Positions 24,270 through 33,108 are shown, counted from the stretch's first letter. The stretch: 42,156 nucleotides of DNA from a virus (IMGVR_UViG_3300020352_000002:1-42156), one strand, 5' to 3'. Numbers and translations are program-made. Notes: a model not told the origin generated them from the sequence alone.

Positions 24270-24282
24270 CCGAACGGTTCGG
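24270..24282. repeat. Palindrome CCGAACGGTTCGG 9 nt upstream of the P1 -35 box
   Basis: Direct reading. Confidence 0.85.
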
Positions 24283-24319
24283 TGTCAAAAAACAGATAAG
24301 AACAAACAAACAAGCGAAC

Positions 24320-24730
24320 ACTAAAGAAAACCTAAGGCATGACCAACAGACTATTTATGTGCTGTCACGCCAACACTGTAGCACCCTAAGGATTCTGAAG
24401 TGTCCTAGGGTGTGGCCTTGTCCATCGTTTTACTGTATGTATGTACAGTATTCCTTGGGTGTGTATGGGGGAATGCCAGCCGCCACAACTACGTATAAGC
24501 ACCTCAGATTTTTCTGTCAAAATACGACCAAGATCCCTAAGAAGCTCTCTAGGAGACATCAGTGTTAAGGTAGCGTTGGGGGTCAACGAAACACTAAGGT
24601 CTCCCAGAGGAGCTTAGATCACCTCCTAGAAGGTATGGTGAAGGGGTGTGCTGCAAGGTGTGATCCTCAACAGGCTCATAAGACACCTTAGGAAACCTAA
24701 CAGGCTCATAAGATACCTTATATACTATAG
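24320..24730. other. Probable genome-terminus / concatemer-junction region
   Basis: Non-coding gap between last late and first early gene; many CCTAAG/CCTTAG/CCTAGG-like words recalling T7 end repeats. Confidence 0.6.
24669..24720. repeat. 22-bp direct repeat AACAGGCTCATAAGAYACCTTA x2, 30-nt period
   Basis: 24669..24690 and 24699..24720, one mismatch. Confidence 0.85.
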
Positions 24731-24747
24731 GTAACGGGGGGGGTCTT

Positions 24748-24768
24748 CCCTATAGTGCACCTTTTTAA
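24748..24768 (-). promoter_or_regulatory. Putative phage-RNAP promoter at the right end (phi-OR-like), TTAAAAAGGTGCACTATAGGG
   Basis: Third copy of the consensus, pointing into the terminus region with no gene downstream. Confidence 0.8.
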
Positions 24769-24779
24769 ACAGCACCTAC

Positions 24780-24792
24780 AATCAACAACTTA
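24780..24792 (+). promoter_or_regulatory. IHF-consensus box AATCAACAACTTA
   Basis: Matches WATCAANNNNTTR; intergenic. Confidence 0.55.
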
Positions 24793-24811
24793 CAACCCGT
24801 TAGGGTTGGTG

Positions 24812-25195
24812 TTAAAGTAGAGGGTTAGAGGGCTTATTCTTTATTTTCTCAAGTCTGCTCTCAAGACCTTTAAGTTCTTCTTGAATTGAGCTAACTTTTG
24901 TTTGAAGGACTCGTACATCTGATTTAATCTGCCCTGTACTTGGGATACGTATTGCTTCAACCTTGTCAGTTGTAGCTTTAACTTGTCCCCTAAGCTGTTC
25001 AATTTCTGTACTAATTGATCCAATGTCATTATCTTCTATCCTCACTTCTAGTTTAGTTAGTCTTGATTCAAGGTGTGTAGCATCTGTAGAAGCTTCTAGT
25101 GCAGACACCTTCTCTGTCAGAGTACCATACCCTACTGCTGCACCACCAATGGAGCTGGCTATGCCTATCCATAAGGCTACGTCTTGTGCATTCAT
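24812..25195 (-). CDS. N-terminally anchored coiled-coil protein
   Basis: Hydrophobic N-terminus then heptad-rich sequence. Confidence 0.7.
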   Translation of the reverse strand: MNAQDVALWIGIASSIGGAAVGYGTLTEKVSALEASTDATHLESRLTKLEVRIEDNDIGSISTEIEQLRGQVKATTDKVEAIRIPSTGQIKSDVRVLQTKVSSIQEELKGLESRLEKIKNKPSNPLL

Positions 25196-26001
25196 CGTAA
25201 TATCATCTCCATGTCTTGTTCTGGGTTGTTATTGTACAGTTGGTACATTACACTCTCTACACCTACGTTGTGCTGATTCCAGTCAAGGTTAAGCTGGCTG
25301 GGTATCAAGGCATCTATAGAGACTGAAGTGTTGGTAAAGAAGTCCATGACTGTGTTAGTGTTCATGAATGAGGCAGCTATTGTATCTATAACAAAGCTGT
25401 CTTGAGCGTAACCTTCGATCATATTCTTGGTCATACTTGCTTCTAGCATACCGTCAATGCTGGTGTTGAACTGCTGACGACTAGACTCTTTAATAGCCCG
25501 TAAATCATTCTCAGTTGCATAGGCCTCTGCATTGATTTTAGTCTGCTGGTCACCATCGACAAGCATCTCAGCTATCTCTGTGACTGCCGCTATCTCGCTC
25601 GCAGCTTCGATTAGAGAGTCTTTCTCTTCCTCATATGTACCTTGCTCTACGTCAATCATATCGTTCAGTAGAACGGCTGTGAGAGCCTCTGGAGTGCTGT
25701 TTGCTAAACCATCAGCATAAGCTGCATTAAAGACATCCATCTGTTCCGTAGTTAGTTCGTATTGTGTACCATCTTCGTTATTGTAGATAATGGTGTTACC
25801 ATCGAGCATAGACTGAGTAGTCCATTGGATGTAGTCCTGCATATTACTGTTTATTACAGTCGTTATGGTAGACGTGCTTTCGCTTAAGTGGGTCATATCG
25901 AAGTCGTTTTCCCCCGCACTCGCTGTCTTTGGTAACAATAACAGGAGCAACAGGGACAAACTCAGGGTGTTCCGTATAATATTTAAGTGCTTCATCTCCA
26001 A
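25192..26001 (-). CDS. Acidic putative secreted protein
   Basis: Signal-peptide-like LSLSLLLLLLLPKTASA; D/E-rich body. Confidence 0.65.
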   Translation of the reverse strand: MEMKHLNIIRNTLSLSLLLLLLLPKTASAGENDFDMTHLSESTSTITTVINSNMQDYIQWTTQSMLDGNTIIYNNEDGTQYELTTEQMDVFNAAYADGLANSTPEALTAVLLNDMIDVEQGTYEEEKDSLIEAASEIAAVTEIAEMLVDGDQQTKINAEAYATENDLRAIKESSRQQFNTSIDGMLEASMTKNMIEGYAQDSFVIDTIAASFMNTNTVMDFFTNTSVSIDALIPSQLNLDWNQHNVGVESVMYQLYNNNPEQDMEMILR

Positions 26002-26410
26002 TGAGTCCTTTTATGGGGCAAGGGGTCTGTGCATTACGCATAGCCCACCAAACCCGAGGGTCTTGACACATAACACTGGTAGCTGCCACCTTTAGCCCTA
26101 GACTAGAAAGCTGCCTGCTGAGCTTTAATCGCTCACAGTTTTCATCAACCTTCATCTTAGACGTACTAATCCCTATCTGTAGGGTCTGCACACCTGAGCC
26201 TGAAGTAACAATACAGGTATCTGTCTGGTATGTAGGGGTGGAAGGAGCTACAGCAGTAGTTACTGGCATACCTTCTTGGTTAACTGTCGTTTCGGTTGTA
26301 GTAGTAATAGTCTCTGCTTGCTGATTAGTCCCAAAGTCTCCTACAGTTGCCTCACTGCTCAGTGAAGGTGTAGCTACTAGAACTAAGCTCGCTATTAGTA
26401 GTCTCTTCAT
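25844..26410 (-). CDS. Cys-containing putative secreted protein
   Basis: Signal peptide MKRLLIASLVLVATPSLS; six Cys. Confidence 0.7.
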   Translation of the reverse strand: MKRLLIASLVLVATPSLSSEATVGDFGTNQQAETITTTTETTVNQEGMPVTTAVAPSTPTYQTDTCIVTSGSGVQTLQIGISTSKMKVDENCERLKLSRQLSSLGLKVAATSVMCQDPRVWWAMRNAQTPCPIKGLIGDEALKYYTEHPEFVPVAPVIVTKDSECGGKRLRYDPLKRKHVYHNDCNKQ

Positions 26411-26666
26411 TTACTTTTAACTCTTCTATTCTTAAAACCCATGATGCTGGGATGGCTATAAAAGCACCACCCTCTTGTAGTTCTTCTGCTACAATTCGAG
26501 AGCGCATGACAATAACTTTTTCTTGATCATTGTGTACTAACCAACCTACTTCCTGTGCTACAGCACATTCATGCTTTAATATATCATCAATATCTGTCCA
26601 ACATCCGTCAGAATCTTGAGCATCCTGCCACGTTAGCCTTACCATTGGTATATCTGTCATATCCAT
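26352..26666 (-). CDS. Conserved hypothetical phage protein (V.L.W.DA...VGWL)
   Basis: ORF overlapping the TerL stop. Confidence 0.7.
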   Translation of the reverse strand: MDMTDIPMVRLTWQDAQDSDGCWTDIDDILKHECAVAQEVGWLVHNDQEKVIVMRSRIVAEELQEGGAFIAIPASWVLRIEELKVNEETTNSELSSSSYTFTEQ

Positions 26667-28327
26667 GTGTTTGACCTTGGTTTTGAATTAACATTATAAC
26701 CATTAACGAACTTGTCTAAATCATCCATTAACAGTTGCTCTTTTCTATCTCGTATTTCTCTGTCAACGTCTGCTGCCATCTGTTCTACCCAATAAGCTAC
26801 GCCCATTGCTAGAGCATCTAGTCTATCGTCATGAGCTAGAGAACCTCTATAACGAGTAATACGAGACATCTGGTAAGTAAGCATATATCGCTGGGCTTTT
26901 TCAGGAGGATGATGTTGAACACTATCAAAGTCTTTTTGTATGACTTTTGGATCAATGATTAACTTGTGCTGGTTCATTACAGGCTCAAGTGTGTCAATGA
27001 TACGCTTCTCTTTCTGGATGCTGTGTCTAACTTCCTCCATTGTTACAGGATATATCTTTCTAAGGTACGGTTTTATTAGCTCACTAAACATACCATCACC
27101 AAAGTTACTCTCTATGAGTACCATGTTGACCTTATGTTGCTTCGCTAACGTAGCTAGTTTGTTTAATGTTTGATCTCCGTAGCCACCTGCCACACCTCCG
27201 CAGTCTGGTACGTATAAGAAACCATTGATCATTTTTACAACAGCATAAGCCGTCTCATCTTGACCACGACCAGAGGGGTCTATTACTAAGACTGATCCTG
27301 TGTAATCCACGTAGCCGCCTACAGTAGCTTCTGGGGCGTAATACTTATCACCCGCCAGACCTACATTAGGTATGTCCTTAACTTCCTTCATAACGCCATA
27401 CACGAGCTTCTCTGGGGCTTTGTCCCTATCTACAGACATTATCATTAAATCTGAAAGCTTCAGAGGGTAACGATCAGTGTCCGATAGGCTAGTGTCCAGC
27501 ATAAACTGGAGAGCAAAGCCCGATCTGCCATATGACAGTTCTCGCTCTAGTAGATCCTCGTCATCAAACCGCTTAGGATCAACTGGGAGGCCGTCTAAGG
27601 GATTCTTTGCGGAGGCTATAGCATCCCATAGCATAGGTGCTAAACGATTCCCATACGCCTTCTCAGCGTCTTCTACGGCAGGGTAACGAGCTGGCCATAT
27701 CCTCATTTGGTAGCCACGCTCTGTTAAGGTGTTGTACAGACTCATCTCACACTGAGGAGTACCTAAATAGAGTATTTTTCCATCAGGTTTGAGTACCGCA
27801 TCAAACTCTTTTACAGCTTCCCCTAGCTTCTCACGCATCATCTGGGTCATCGAGTTGTTAGGTACTTCGATGTCATCGGCAATGATAATGTCTGCACGAC
27901 TGCCCGTCAACTGGCCTGTGATACCGACTGATTTAACAGAGGGGCTACCACTAGCCAGTGCGGGTCTTACGTCAAACGCAATCTTACTCCACCGTTGCTC
28001 ACTTGTCGCTATGAGATGTTGGCACATTGGGAGTTCAAGAATTAAGCGTTGGGTGAATGTCGAGAAGTCATCAGCTCTCTGTTTAGAGGCTGAGACCACC
28101 ATGAACTTCTTCTGGGGGTCGAGAAGTAACTGGTGAACGACAAACGCTGCCGTGATGTAGGACTTACCTACGCCACGAAAGGCTTCGATGATGGCTCTTC
28201 GAGGACACGTTTGAATGTACTCAGCCATATCGTATTGTACTGGAGTTGGATCAGGGAGGTTAAGGTGCTTCCAGACTATATATAAGAAGTTACGGAAGTC
28301 CTTAAGCTGCTCTGGTACGTTATCCAT
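26657..28327 (-). CDS. terL: Terminase large subunit (T7 gp19-like)
   Basis: AFRGVGKS, GSRADIIIADD, LGTPQ, IDPSGRGQDE, HDDRLDA. Confidence 0.97.
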   Translation of the reverse strand: MDNVPEQLKDFRNFLYIVWKHLNLPDPTPVQYDMAEYIQTCPRRAIIEAFRGVGKSYITAAFVVHQLLLDPQKKFMVVSASKQRADDFSTFTQRLILELPMCQHLIATSEQRWSKIAFDVRPALASGSPSVKSVGITGQLTGSRADIIIADDIEVPNNSMTQMMREKLGEAVKEFDAVLKPDGKILYLGTPQCEMSLYNTLTERGYQMRIWPARYPAVEDAEKAYGNRLAPMLWDAIASAKNPLDGLPVDPKRFDDEDLLERELSYGRSGFALQFMLDTSLSDTDRYPLKLSDLMIMSVDRDKAPEKLVYGVMKEVKDIPNVGLAGDKYYAPEATVGGYVDYTGSVLVIDPSGRGQDETAYAVVKMINGFLYVPDCGGVAGGYGDQTLNKLATLAKQHKVNMVLIESNFGDGMFSELIKPYLRKIYPVTMEEVRHSIQKEKRIIDTLEPVMNQHKLIIDPKVIQKDFDSVQHHPPEKAQRYMLTYQMSRITRYRGSLAHDDRLDALAMGVAYWVEQMAADVDREIRDRKEQLLMDDLDKFVNGYNVNSKPRSNTWI

Positions 28328-28544
28328 TACGTCTCCTATTGCTCCTTACTGAAGAAATCCTAAGATTACTTGAGGAGTTATTGTGGGGGTTACGATCAGC
28401 ATGGTCAATATCTCTACCTGCTAACTGTGCTTTACCGTGTTTCTTTACCATCTTACGCCTAGCTTTCTTGCGAGCATCGTTACGCTTGCGTTGCTCAGGA
28501 GTACCTTGGTAGTTATCGTATTCTTTTCGGTAGTTTCTAGCCAT
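28320..28544 (-). CDS. Small basic HNH-like protein
   Basis: RNYRKEY...DIDH..NPHNN..SNLR....N. Confidence 0.7.
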   Translation of the reverse strand: MARNYRKEYDNYQGTPEQRKRNDARKKARRKMVKKHGKAQLAGRDIDHADRNPHNNSSSNLRISSVRSNRRRNG

Positions 28545-28545
28545 G

Positions 28546-28815
28546 TTAAGCCTTCTTGTTGTTTTTAGCAAAGTTACGTGCAGCTTCTACAGAACCAAAA
28601 CCCCATTTCTTTAATGCTAGTGCTTTACGGGTAGGGCTTCCATCAGGCTTCTTCATAGCACCTTTCATTCCTGCAAATCTTGCAGCAAAGGAAACTCTTC
28701 GAGAGTTCTTTCCAGAAGGTACAGGTTTTTTAAGGTTAGCACCTTCAGTTCTTTTATAGTATTTACGGCCAGCCTCTGTGAGACCGCCTGTTTTGCTTTT
28801 ATACTTTGCTTTCAT
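28546..28815 (-). CDS. Small highly basic hypothetical protein
   Basis: GGLTEAGR...SFAARF..M...ALKKW; coupled ORF. Confidence 0.7.
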   Translation of the reverse strand: MKAKYKSKTGGLTEAGRKYYKRTEGANLKKPVPSGKNSRRVSFAARFAGMKGAMKKPDGSPTRKALALKKWGFGSVEAARNFAKNNKKA

Positions 28816-29183
28816 TACACTTTCCTATACTTAGCTGTTTTAGACGCTATTTTCTTAGGCTGTGAACTAAACTGTTTACCAGCCGCAGTGTCTTCACGCT
28901 TTTTAGCATTAGTAGCTCTTTTCTCTGCTATTGTTAAAGACTGCCTTGCTTTCTTAGGTAAATACCTAGAGCCTTTCTTTCCAGTGTAGCCCCAATCTTG
29001 TTTAGACCATTTAGAAAGTTTATTACTAGATTTCTTAGAACCTGAGTAAGTACCACCAGAACCTTTGTAATATTTAACGGCAAGTTGCATAGCTCTTGCT
29101 GAATGTTTACCACCCATCTTGGCTTTTGCCCTAGATTTAGCTGCCGCCCATTTGGCAGGGTCACGTTTAGTAGCTGTAGACAT
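28815..29183 (-). CDS. Highly basic hypothetical protein
   Basis: HSARAMQLA...RYLPKKA; TAATG coupling. Confidence 0.7.
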   Translation of the reverse strand: MSTATKRDPAKWAAAKSRAKAKMGGKHSARAMQLAVKYYKGSGGTYSGSKKSSNKLSKWSKQDWGYTGKKGSRYLPKKARQSLTIAEKRATNAKKREDTAAGKQFSSQPKKIASKTAKYRKV

Positions 29184-29386
29184 TAGTGTTTCGCCTCCTC
29201 AAACGGTAGCTCTTTTAATAGGCTTGCCATAGGAGACTCAGCTGTAATTACGTCAGTGCTTGCTCCGTTATCTTTAAGAAACTTAACAGCAACTGACAGC
29301 TCTGCCGAAGTAGCTTCACCTGATCTTACTCTTGCGAGTAGTTCCTCGGTGACCACTTCGTGTAGTTCTTCTAGTTTGTTAGACAT
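29183..29386 (-). CDS. terS: Terminase small subunit (T7 gp18-like)
   Basis: LHE...GEAT...AVKFLKDN...LPF. Confidence 0.85.
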   Translation of the reverse strand: MSNKLEELHEVVTEELLARVRSGEATSAELSVAVKFLKDNGASTDVITAESPMASLLKELPFEEAKH

Positions 29387-29769
29387 TACTTATCCTTCTT
29401 CTTCTTTTTGTACTTCTCATCAATCTTCTTGTTCTGCTTGTTGATTTCGTTAGCAGCAATAGCTGTAGTACCTGCTAAAGCAGTTCCAGATATAATATTA
29501 TCTCTTTTAGCATTTGCTCTGTATTGTTTAGTACCGTTATTTAACCTACGCAAAGCGTTAAGACGTTCGTTATCATCTTTAATTGCGTGTGCTTTTTTAT
29601 AAGCGGCCTTTCTTTCAGGAGTGTTCTGAATATATTTTTTATAATCTTGCTTAGGACGAGCCTTAGCATTCTTTTTAGCAGTCTTAGCTGATCTTTTCTT
29701 TTGAGCTTTCTTTAACTTCTTATAACTTTTAGCAGCTCTAACACCGCCTTTAATTAGTAAACCTAACAT
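29386..29769 (-). CDS. Highly basic hypothetical protein
   Basis: K-rich; TAATG coupling. Confidence 0.7.
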   Translation of the reverse strand: MLGLLIKGGVRAAKSYKKLKKAQKKRSAKTAKKNAKARPKQDYKKYIQNTPERKAAYKKAHAIKDDNERLNALRRLNNGTKQYRANAKRDNIISGTALAGTTAIAANEINKQNKKIDEKYKKKKKDK

Positions 29770-30086
29770 TACTTCTTCCCCTTCTTTTTCTTATACTTAT
29801 TAACAGCAGTACCTGCACCAGCCTGTGCGGCAACACTACCAGCTAACGCTTCACCTGCTGATATTTTTGAACCCTTAACAGGTGTAAAAAAAGCTTTTGT
29901 TGTACCCTTTATATAATTTTTCTTAGAACCATATCTGTCCTTAAAAATTATCTTTGCACCTTCTTTTTCAGCTTTTTTATCCTCTTTCCTGAGCTTTCTT
30001 GCCTTTTTAAATCCTTTATAAGCCTTAGCTGCCCTAGCTGCTCTAGCTGCTGCAGCTGCTGCTGCTATTCCTAACTGAATTGCCAT
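29769..30086 (-). CDS. Highly basic Ala/Lys-rich hypothetical protein
   Basis: K/A-rich; TAATG coupling. Confidence 0.7.
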   Translation of the reverse strand: MAIQLGIAAAAAAARAARAAKAYKGFKKARKLRKEDKKAEKEGAKIIFKDRYGSKKNYIKGTTKAFFTPVKGSKISAGEALAGSVAAQAGAGTAVNKYKKKKGKK

Positions 30087-30087
30087 T

Positions 30088-30435
30088 CTAATAACTCCAG
30101 ATTACGGGGGTTGATTCTCTCACGTCCACATGAACGAAAGTCTTTGCAATACCGATGCCTGTAAATCCCATCGCTAGTGCATTTTGTACGATAGTGTAGC
30201 GATCAGCTCCGTGATGGATGCGAATGTCCGCTGCAATACCTAGAGTATGTTGACCACCTTTTGTTTTATGCCTTTCGACACTGTGCATTGGATCACGATA
30301 CCCTGAAGTAATGATAAAGGGAAACCCGCAAGCTTCTCTTAGTTCGTCTAGTTTATGGATAAAACCTTCACTCATATTGTTCTTGCCAGTCTCCTGACAG
30401 TTAAAGTCTTCGTACTTGAAATATTTAAAGTTCAC
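30088..30435 (-). CDS. Peptidase M15 family endolysin
   Basis: ITSGYR, H..GIAADI, FVHVD Zn-peptidase motifs. Confidence 0.9.
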   Translation of the reverse strand: MNFKYFKYEDFNCQETGKNNMSEGFIHKLDELREACGFPFIITSGYRDPMHSVERHKTKGGQHTLGIAADIRIHHGADRYTIVQNALAMGFTGIGIAKTFVHVDVRESTPVIWSY

Positions 30436-30803
30436 TTACCTACTCCTTTTACTCGTTCCATTGTTCTCATCCCACCAAGACCAAGCATACCCATTAGTAC
30501 AGGTAACATTGTGCTAGTATCTGCTTGCGGTACGATGACACCAAAGGGTGCTGCAAGTGGACTTATAAGAAAGTTTACAGTAAAGCCTGCAACACAAACC
30601 CACGCTGTTGCGGGTCGCCATGAAGATTGAAACCAGTTACCTTTGGCATCAAGTTTGTTCACCTCTATCTGAGCTTTAGCAATCTCGTGTACGTGCTTCT
30701 CAGACATGGTAGCAATTTCATGTGCTATTTTTTGTTTAGTATCTGCATCAGGGATAAACTTATCCAGTAAACCTGTTACAGGAGCTATTAGTTGTTCTAA
30801 CAT
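30432..30803 (-). CDS. Holin (3TM-holin-like)
   Basis: LLDKFIPD, WRPA..WVC, GMLGLGGMRT.E. Confidence 0.8.
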   Translation of the reverse strand: MLEQLIAPVTGLLDKFIPDADTKQKIAHEIATMSEKHVHEIAKAQIEVNKLDAKGNWFQSSWRPATAWVCVAGFTVNFLISPLAAPFGVIVPQADTSTMLPVLMGMLGLGGMRTMERVKGVGK

Positions 30804-31024
30804 TATACACCTATCAATTTAAGAAACTGACCAAGCCCCATAGCTTGACCCCAATAGACAACTGCGCCACCTACTACGAGCCACTTAATCTGGGCTAGAG
30901 ACTTATTGATACAGTCTAGCTGCCTCTTTAGCTCTATGGCATTGTCCTGAAGAGACTTAAGCTGCTCTTCATGCAAGTCTACACGCCACTCAAGGCGGTC
31001 TACTTGTTGTTTTAAGTCGTCCAT
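30803..31024 (-). CDS. Coiled-coil plus C-terminal TM protein (XhlA-like lysis accessory)
   Basis: Heptads then hydrophobic C-terminus; next to the holin. Confidence 0.6.
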   Translation of the reverse strand: MDDLKQQVDRLEWRVDLHEEQLKSLQDNAIELKRQLDCINKSLAQIKWLVVGGAVVYWGQAMGLGQFLKLIGV

Positions 31025-31034
31025 GTTTTATCCT

Positions 31035-31700
31035 TTAGTCGCTAATTTTAATGATAGATAACCCACCAAAACTTGTGTCTGTATCACCGTTTGTTCTAAT
31101 CAAGTTATTAGTTCCACTAACTGTAAATTTTAATTTATGTGTGGACGTATTTGTACAAGTAAAATGAGCTTGTAGATTTGTGTTGGCATAATAACCACCA
31201 TAAGCAAAATTCTCTGTGTTTCTGGCTATCCTATCCCAAGTGCCTGTGCCGCCATCAGCAGCAGTTGCATTAGTAGTTGCATAAATCTCCCAACCAACTG
31301 AAGCATCTGCACCAGCAAATTGAGAGCCATAGCTATTAGCAGCTACATCCCATAATATTAAATATTTACCAGTTGCGCTTAAAGTAAAAACACCTGTATC
31401 TATTGTGGGTGCTGTTCCTATTCTTGTATAAGTAGGATCGTCTGCTTCTTCCCAGTTTGTAAAAGGGTCTTGATCGTTATTTACGTTAGCATTGAGCCTA
31501 AATTGACTCATTTGTGATATACCAGTATCGGTAGTACCATTAATAAAACCAGAGCTTAAGCCTGTTCCTCCATTAGCTATAGGTAAAGTTCCTGAAAGAC
31601 TACCTACAGGTAGTGACCCTGTAACTTGCGTGGCTAAGTTTATACTTCCTGTTAATACTCCTGTTGCGTCAAAATCTGCTAAGCTTCTAGCTTTAGTCAT
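31035..31700 (-). CDS. Putative secondary tail fibre / adhesin
   Basis: MTKARSLAD start, GTLPIANGGTG motif, beta-rich C-terminus. Confidence 0.6.
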   Translation of the reverse strand: MTKARSLADFDATGVLTGSINLATQVTGSLPVGSLSGTLPIANGGTGLSSGFINGTTDTGISQMSQFRLNANVNNDQDPFTNWEEADDPTYTRIGTAPTIDTGVFTLSATGKYLILWDVAANSYGSQFAGADASVGWEIYATTNATAADGGTGTWDRIARNTENFAYGGYYANTNLQAHFTCTNTSTHKLKFTVSGTNNLIRTNGDTDTSFGGLSIIKISD

Positions 31701-31715
31701 AATGAGTTACCTTTG

Positions 31716-32201
31716 TTATATAATTGAATGTTTGGTCACATGATATGTAACCCCGTCTTCTGCAACCTCTTCGTCTCTAACAACTTCTCCAATTATCACT
31801 TCAGTCTGGGGTTGCATTGTGTCTCTGTAGCCATCTATTGACGAGCCTTCTACTGGGTTAAAAACAACCTCGGTATATTGAGTAGCAAGTGTAGTGTTTA
31901 TAGCAGACAAGAAGTCTGAAGAATGTAAGTAACTTTTACTACCGTTAGCGTTATTACCAAACAGGGCAAAGGTCATCTTAAATGTTGTACCTTCAACTGC
32001 TCCTGCAAAGAAATAAATCATGTAACCGTCTTTATAAACAGCACCTCGTTGATTCATTTTAGTTACTCGAAACTTCTGCCTTTCCCTTACAACGTCTTGG
32101 CTATCACCACCAAACTGCTCTGACATTTTAGGCCACGAGTCATTGAATACCCTGTCAAACTCTTCTTCGGTATAGCTAGGGTTTAATACACAGGTATACA
32201 T
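31716..32201 (-). CDS. Hypothetical protein in the tail-fibre module
   Basis: 161-aa ORF coupled to upstream gene. Confidence 0.65.
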   Translation of the reverse strand: MYTCVLNPSYTEEEFDRVFNDSWPKMSEQFGGDSQDVVRERQKFRVTKMNQRGAVYKDGYMIYFFAGAVEGTTFKMTFALFGNNANGSKSYLHSSDFLSAINTTLATQYTEVVFNPVEGSSIDGYRDTMQPQTEVIIGEVVRDEEVAEDGVTYHVTKHSII

Positions 32202-32815
32202 TAGTCGCTCCTTAGTTGAAATGTTATGCTATCGTTTTGTGCTATTCCTATTGTCCCTGTACTTACAGTCGAATCACCTAGAAACTGAGTTCTTGAGTCT
32301 GAACCTCCTAAAGCGTCAGGAACAACGGTTTGATTTGTAAAGTAGCTTCTTTGTAAAGTATGTTCTGTGTTTTGTGTGTGGTTAATAAATTTAACAGACT
32401 TAAAGTAATTAGCATCGTTAATTGTAGCTGGGGCTGATTGACCAGAAAAGAACAAAGTAACATTCACTGTATGATTACCAGATTGAGGATCATATTCATT
32501 AAAATTACTACCAGCAAAGCTCGAACCAGCACCACCCGTTGCTGTTAAACTCGCTGTAGCACCTGACCCTATTGCTAGTGTTGTGGCTGTAGTGCTGCCG
32601 ATGTTGTAAGCTGCACTTAAGCCCGACTTTGTGAAACCCCTAGTAAAGTTTTTACCGTCAAAAGAAACTTCTCCAGCAGTAAAAGTAAACTCACTAATTA
32701 AGCCAGCGTCAACAGCGGAACTAGCGGCAATAACACCGCTAATTAAAGGTGAAGTTGTAGAAGGAATAAGACCTGATATTAGGTGTTTTGCAATATCTCC
32801 TGTACTAAAAGACAT
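32201..32815 (-). CDS. Ser/Thr/Gly-rich putative virion/adhesin protein
   Basis: Composition and position; AGGAGG SD. Confidence 0.6.
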   Translation of the reverse strand: MSFSTGDIAKHLISGLIPSTTSPLISGVIAASSAVDAGLISEFTFTAGEVSFDGKNFTRGFTKSGLSAAYNIGSTTATTLAIGSGATASLTATGGAGSSFAGSNFNEYDPQSGNHTVNVTLFFSGQSAPATINDANYFKSVKFINHTQNTEHTLQRSYFTNQTVVPDALGGSDSRTQFLGDSTVSTGTIGIAQNDSITFQLRSD

Positions 32816-32823
32816 ATTACCTC

Positions 32824-33108
32824 CTATCGAGTTTCGTCAATTAAGACCTTAGAGTTAGCGACTGCACCTGTAGGAACAGCGGTTAGATGGTCGTCTTCTT
32901 GACTGCTATAAGCCATGTAAGGGCATAAGACTACTTCTTCAATTGTTGAAGCATCGTAGTGTTTGATCTTAATGTACTCTACACCGTTGACGCTTCCGTA
33001 GAGAGTTAAGTCCTCTCCTCCAGAAGTTGGAATGTATACGTGAACCACACCACGAGACCCATCGCCCATCTTAGGATTGTATGCAGTACCTACTGTTAGT
33101 TGTGCCAT
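32824..33108 (-). CDS. Hypothetical protein downstream of tail fibre
   Basis: AAGGA SD. Confidence 0.65.
   Translation of the reverse strand: MAQLTVGTAYNPKMGDGSRGVVHVYIPTSGGEDLTLYGSVNGVEYIKIKHYDASTIEEVVLCPYMAYSSQEDDHLTAVPTGAVANSKVLIDETR

Noticed and set aside
21073-24282. Palindrome copies as a CRISPR array or LexA (Cheo) boxes
   Set aside because: Repeats too short and irregularly spaced with genes between, no cas genes; the Gram-positive LexA box has a 4-nt spacer between GAAC and GTTC, not 1
24359-24586. Short ORFs on both strands in the terminus region
   Set aside because: No convincing SD or protein-like features; repeat-rich non-coding context
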